DNA of 64,000 bases from assembly GCA_964035545.1 (NCBI GenBank), contig CAXIUT010000236.1, positions 1 through 64,000 of the forward strand. The letters are read 5' to 3'. This document shows positions 58,019 through 64,000 of this stretch, in pieces; within the stretch, counting starts at the first letter, position 1; each line of letters starts with the position of its first letter. A program made the translations under genes and the position numbers. The stretch is from Bugula neritina (taxonomy: Eukaryota; Animalia; Bryozoa). The notes under the pieces were generated by a model. It made no database searches. It was not told where the DNA came from and saw only the letters and a program-made list of their open reading frames with translations.

Positions 58019-61000
58019 AGGGCTGAGGCTGACAAGAGCTTTTACAATAGGCCGTTTTAACTTTTATTAGAAACATGTTTGGCAATTTTTGAATGAAATT
58101 AACAGCTACAACTTTTAAAACAAAATAAAACGACAGAAGTGTTAATCAACAGTGGATTTCATAGCTAATAGGAGCAGATATAGGTCAACTGAGTTTACCT
58201 AACTGTCTAGCACTGGAAGTTTTACTAATTCCAAGGGTTGGTAGTAAAGGTTAGACAACTTTAACTTAATGAAAGGAAGAGTTAGTAATGTTGCAGTAAG
58301 CAATTCATTTAAACACACACCTGAACTGATGAAAAGTTTCGTTGAATCAAACACAGAGAGAAGACAACTTCTACACGTCGGCTTGTGAGCATCTCATGGA
58401 TATAAAACTGGTCTTGATGGCAAGGTGACTTCTATCTGCATGTGGTTAAACACAACTACAAAACAGACAATAAATTTTCTAAAATACCTTGATATATAAA
58501 ACATTTCATTTTAATTTGCTATCGAGCTGAGATTCTAGTCTAAAGACTACAAGTCATTAACTTGAACAAATTCACAGGACTTGGAGTTAACAAGACTAAA
58601 ATTATGAATAAAAGATAACATTTTTACTACTTCAAACAGAAATAGATAAACATGAATTATGGACATTAGAATACAAGAAGTACAAGATAATGATTTGCCT
58701 AACATCATTTAAAATTGGTAAAATTAAAAACAGAGAAAATTATTGTAAATAATAAATACCTAATTATAACCAAGATGGGGCTCTCAGAACTGACCACAGT
58801 TGGCTAGGTCCTATCTTCCTGGTGAAAACCATATGTTCTCTAATGTGTGAATATCTGAGCTGCTTGGAGTGATTCTAAAAAACAAAACACATTTGATAAA
58901 TTAAAATTGTTGAATAAATGATGACAGATATATATGAGACATCTCATAGGTCCTAAAATCTAGAGTATTGAAAATTGTATCATGATAGAATCAACATAGT
59001 CTACAGAACCAGGAAAGAAACTTCTTTGAACAAGAAATATAACTTGTTTTTTATAGTTACAGCAGTTTAAACTGAATTTATTCCACTTAAACTTTTCAAT
59101 TTCGAACCATGATTATGACCATGATGAGTATGTGACTGAAATAAAGTAAAACAAAATAAATCATTCAGCATAAGTTGAACGTTATTATAGCGAGAAAAAA
59201 ATTAAAATATTAGATTTCAATTATACTATTATTCTTAGTATTGATTTTGTAGTTCAGTTCAACAGACCAGAGTAGAAAAGGGTAAAAGTTAAGTCAAAGT
59301 CAAGCCAATTTGAAGCAAAGCTAAATTGAAATTTATTATATGCCTTGCAGTTGTATTTACTCAAATGACTGCAGAATCAAATTGACTAGAAATGGGTAGC
59401 AGCCTATCAATTAAGTACAATATTCAATGTGAATTCCAAGCCTATGAATAAATACAGATCAACAATCAGTAAACTAAAGATAATGTTGGTAAAAAATTAA
59501 TAAATGACATGCTAAACAAAGGTTACCTTGGTAAGATGACCAAACAATTTCAATTGCACGATCATTCACTATGAAGAGCAACTTACTATATAATAATGAC
59601 AGTGCAGCAGACGTGCTTAGTCATCCGTAACCAATCATTGCTCAGTCGTCTGTAACTGATCACGTGATTATTGGGGCATGCGCTATATCTCATGACTCAC
59701 TTCCAATGGTGTCACCAATTCAGTGCAATCTGTATGCAGCAAAAAGAGCAATACTAATTTTGGTGCCTAAGATTCTATGAGGCTTCAAGTTTCAGAATAT
59801 AATGAAAGGAAAACAGAGATGTAGCAATCAAATACTTTTAAAAATTTGTCCTCTTTATGCAGCATTATCAATCATGCTTAGGGCAAAATAAACAGGAATA
59901 TATATCACTATGCTAAATTAACCATCAAGAAAAGAAACACAAATTCACGACACAAAGAGGCATAAAGTAATTAAACAGGTGAGATAAGAAAACTGCTTGT
60001 TCTAGAAGCCATTCAGTGTTGCAACTTGGTGTTTTGATTTTTGAAATTTTTATGGAGCTTAATCATTCTTTAAACCATTCACCATTAAATCACTAATTTC
60101 TGTTATTGAATGCAACTAGAGAGTAGCATGAGGTTAGGGACCTACAGCAAAAGGCCAGGGTTTGGCTTGCCTTTGCTTAGTCCCAACTCTGACTACTGTT
60201 TGCAGGTAAACATTGAAATACTTGTTCACATGTGTTGGGGCAGGTCATGGTCATGAATTACTAGACAATCTGTATAGCATTAAGTTTACTATAATATGTG
60301 TGTAACGTCACTGTATGCCTCAAGAAATAACTTTTATGGACATCAATTTTAAATAGCAAGAATTTGGGATAAGGTAACTTTAGAAAATAAAGATTTAAAA
60401 TAAAACATACCACGGACAGATAAAGATGAGGCTTACAGGGATGGGAAGAATAACACACAGAGAAAAAGAGTACAGGTTGCTGTTCCTCTGCCCATTCTGT
60501 AACACAAAAAATAGTAAATAAACTTGTTCAAAATACAATAGAAAAAAGGAAGCAATAGAAACATCACCTGTAGAATTTTTTCTATCAAATTGACAAATTT
60601 ATTAGCAAATTCCAAGCATTCAGAAAACCCTCAACACTATGCTAACACTGTATAGGAGTATATATTATATATAAAGTTTCCAACTGGTTAAATAATTGAA
60701 CCAACATTAAAATTCTCTACTCGCATTATACAGATGTGTGACATAAGTAGGAAATCTAGTAACCTGATGAGTTTAATATAAAACAGTATAAATTTACAGC
60801 TCTAAAACCTGCATGGTAAACCAACAAGTCAAAACATCAAGGCAGACATTCACAATAAAAGTGACTGTAAAACATTATAATTTAATTGAAGCATGAAACA
60901 TGTTTTTTTTAGATAATACAGTATAGAAAAAAAGTATGTTGTATAATGCATAGTAGGAGAGACTTTGACAAAATTAGCCCAAGCTAACACCCAAATGCTA

Positions 61001-61690
61001 GTCAGTCAAAATTGGAATATTCAGCAGATTGGGGTAAAATAATATAATTATGACATAGAAGTAAACATCAACCACCACATGTATGTATAATCAGGTTCAG
61101 TTAGGGTACATAAAACACCCAAGTCATATCGACTTACAGAGAAGTAAATTATTATATCGGTTTAGCTTCAGTGCAACTTTTATTTGTAATTCTTGAAAAT
61201 ACAACTTGATGAAAAGTTTGAAACTGTTTACTTGTTGAATTATGATTAAATGAAAATTTGTGAACAATTCTATAGATAAATAGCTTCATCAAGGAGACAT
61301 GTTATACTTAATAAGTAATACCTCCATATAGCTCTTACAGCTGACACATGCCAAGAATAATCTAGAATGAATTTGTCCAACTTTATACCCAATTGGTTGG
61401 TTGTCTAGTAGCTGACCATGTGACCATCACACCAGTTACTGTAATAATAAAGTAGTCTATAATTATGTGGTGTTGCATATGATGAAAAACAATGAAATAA
61501 ACATAAAATTCTAAATACAGCTCATTTATTACAACAGCAGTAGGAAAAACAAAAAAAATGGGAAATGGAAAAATACAAAACAATCATATTTAATCTTGAA
61601 GATTAATCATTACTCAAATAAGTAGAAGAGTGTCATCATGCTTAATTAAGTTAAAATATGATTTGTTGAAAGAGCCATAACCTGATAAAT
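58019..61690 (-). repeat. Copies D/E of the amplified unit (58019-59990 matches 37405-35150 including the promoter-like segment; 60780-61690 matches ~39180-38110)
   Basis: Reverse-complement matches to copy A; near-identical short ORFs at 56139/60261 and 56311/60433 give a 4122-bp offset. Confidence 0.88.
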
Positions 61691-61859
61691 AATAAAGCTA
61701 GCAAATATACCTGATTGTTACCAGCAAGCTAAACATAATGACCAAGTGAGAACAAAATACTTCCCTAGTCTGGAGGCTGCTGAGTCACAATAAACTGATC
61801 AAACTATTCTTACTGACAGAGCAGACAATTTGAAAGTGTGAGCCTTTGAAAATCCTAAA

Positions 61860-62022
61860 GAAAACAACTACCTCATCATATTCCAAGAAAGTGAGAGAAG
61901 ACAACTACATAATGAAACTTTAAGAGAACAGGAGAAGACAACTACATTACGAGAGTTCACGAAAACAAAAGAAGACAACTTCGTAATGGAACTTCAAGAA
62001 AACAAGAGAAAACAACTACATT
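61860..62022 (+). repeat. Degenerate 37-bp tandem repeat, 5 copies (GAAGACAACTAC core)
   Basis: Core at 61860, 61897, 61934, 61971 and 62008. Confidence 0.7.
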
Positions 62023-63639
62023 AGGAGCAAGCAGCAAGCTGCACAAATTTCCATTACCAGAGTTAGCTGATAATAAAATTATAACCTCACGTGAAATAGC
62101 ATGGCACATTATTGATTATTAAAAACACACAATAGAATAGATATGTAACTATACAGGTATGTAGATGATTTTTAGAAAATACTGCAAGTTTCCTCCACAA
62201 ATAATTACAATATTCAAAAAGTGAATCAGAAATTTAAACAGATGGAAAATTTGGAATGTTTTACAATATTAGATAATATGTGATATGAGGTTTGGGGTTT
62301 GAACTGAAAAACTGAAGAGAACTAACATAAAAATACTGAGAAGAAACAAACAACAGCTTTTACACAAATCTGAGAAACCGTGAACAAACAGAAAACGCAA
62401 AAGTGAAGCAGAGTGAAGTGAAAACAACAGTCATAAAAGCATTCTACTGCCTGCATGTGTTACTAATGTGAATTCAGCAGAGGAAGTGTTATATTAGGAT
62501 CATTATTGACTTTGTAAACACTATTCATCTAAATACAGTAGATTACAAGAAACAGGCCATAATGGTAAAACTGATTGCCTTGAAATATTGAGTAGTGATT
62601 TAAAAAAATCAACTTTGGCAAAATCTGAGCATGATCATGGTGTTTAAACGGTATGAAAATACTTAATAGGGAATGAAGGAAAAATTGTCAAAACTCAAAA
62701 TGAGTGAATCATATTACATACAAATTAAATGATTTTGAACTGAAAATGAGTTCAAACTGACTAACTTAAATGAATGAAAAATAGGAACAAATTACCATTC
62801 TAATATTACATAAACTCGAGTATGAAAATACAAAACATATTATATTTTTGTACTACTATTACCTATTTGTCATTAGCATAAAAACAAACACAACTAATGG
62901 AGTAAAATTTTGACTCTATTTATAATATCAATTTGAATGATGAATATAAATTTTCGTAGTCATATACTGATGGTAAAAAAGTAGAATAGTAGCGATTATA
63001 ATGATGAATATCAATATGCATAAAACCCAATTTCCAAGAGACTAGAACAAGTGCTAAAACTAGACGGACGAAACACAAATAAAGACACCGAGCTTGAAAT
63101 AACATTTCATTACAATTATGACTAATGGTCATAGTGATAGTCATGCTTATAAGTTACCAGTAGAGGTTTGAGCTGTGGGAAAATAAAATAAAACGGGAGC
63201 CTGGAAGAGAATGAAAATGATAATAATAATCAATATCATAATTTAAAATATTATCATAATTATTAGGCATTGCAGTTATGATTATAATTATTATAACAAT
63301 AGTTGACATTATCATTATGATTATAATTATCATCGAGTTTTGTTGCCTATGGTTATCAATATCATATTGATATTTATTCTGATAATAAAAACAAAAAAGA
63401 CAACTAATACTATAACTATTAATATTACTCTTACTACTACTGTTAGTGCAAGTATTTGTGTTAGTAATACTAATAGTAATACTAATAAGCTACTAAAACT
63501 ACTAAAAATAGTCAAGTGAGCTACTATTACTCTATAGTCTATTGGCATTACTTAAATCATTAGCCTTAGCGTTACTATTACTAACATAATCTTAATGATG
63601 AAGTTTGACATAAAATGAAAACGATTAAAATTAAATGCA

Positions 63640-63900
63640 AGGAGCCACCACTTGAAATTTAATTGAATTAGCAGTTGATACAGACATTACCGCGACAGGG
63701 TTAAGGATTCTCTAAACAGAACTTGCAGAAGACATCAATGTAGGTTCAGCCGAGTGAATGATGAATGGCGATCCAATTAGAACCACGATTGAATACGTGC
63801 TTGTTACGTCATGTATCGTGACGCATGACTGGCCGTGCACGGCTTTAATATCCATGGACTGTGAATAACGGCTTTCTATTGGTTGAACAAATAATAAAAA
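63640..63900. promoter_or_regulatory. CpG-rich promoter-like patch
   Basis: Local CpG excess with CRE-like TTACGTCA and TGACGCA, CCAAT/ATTGG boxes and the palindrome GCCGTGCACGGC; no associated gene visible in the window. Confidence 0.3.
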
Positions 63901-64000
63901 AGGACAACAGACTCAAGAGAGTGCGAACTATAGATTAAGTGTATATATTGAGATAATTCGTTGATCAGCAACGGAAAAGAATCAGTGAAGCATAAGGTTT

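Noticed and set aside
63330-63548. Hydrophobic 72-aa ORF as a membrane protein
   Set aside because: Degenerate (TAA/TAC)n low-complexity DNA read on the reverse strand.

Overview
AT-rich eukaryotic (probably invertebrate animal) DNA with spliceosomal introns. (1) 1-32760 is a 26-bp satellite array that flips orientation at ~15030-15080. Rare monomer variants mirror one-to-one across the flip for >12 kb and the left arm is much noisier, so it is either a giant palindrome or, more likely, a fold-back read artefact. (2) 32761-34900 holds further minisatellites and what look like the last two coding exons of a single-pass membrane protein (TM exon, then ...EQPSADPF*). (3) 39794-45170 is a complete, apparently intact autonomous PIF/Harbinger transposon with TTA TSD, 15-bp TIRs, a 6-exon 432-aa DDE transposase whose first intron is GC-AG, and a convergent 5-exon 305-aa MADF/BESS-like gene. 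The ORF track shows these genes only as fragments. (4) The transposon sits in an exon of a proteasome beta-2 (PSMB7-like) pseudogene. A second, more complete PSMB7-like pseudogene lies on the minus strand at 48807-49631. Each lies directly downstream of a ~4.5-kb multi-exon, ORF-less unit present once on + (35150-39793) and as several rearranged tandem copies on - (49632-61690). The two arms form a large diverged inverted repeat whose spacer contains a telomere-like (TTAGTC)n composite array. (5) A MULE-like MITE, small repeats and a CpG-rich promoter-like patch complete the window. All translations and alignments were done by eye and protein family calls are from recalled motifs; no database search was run.
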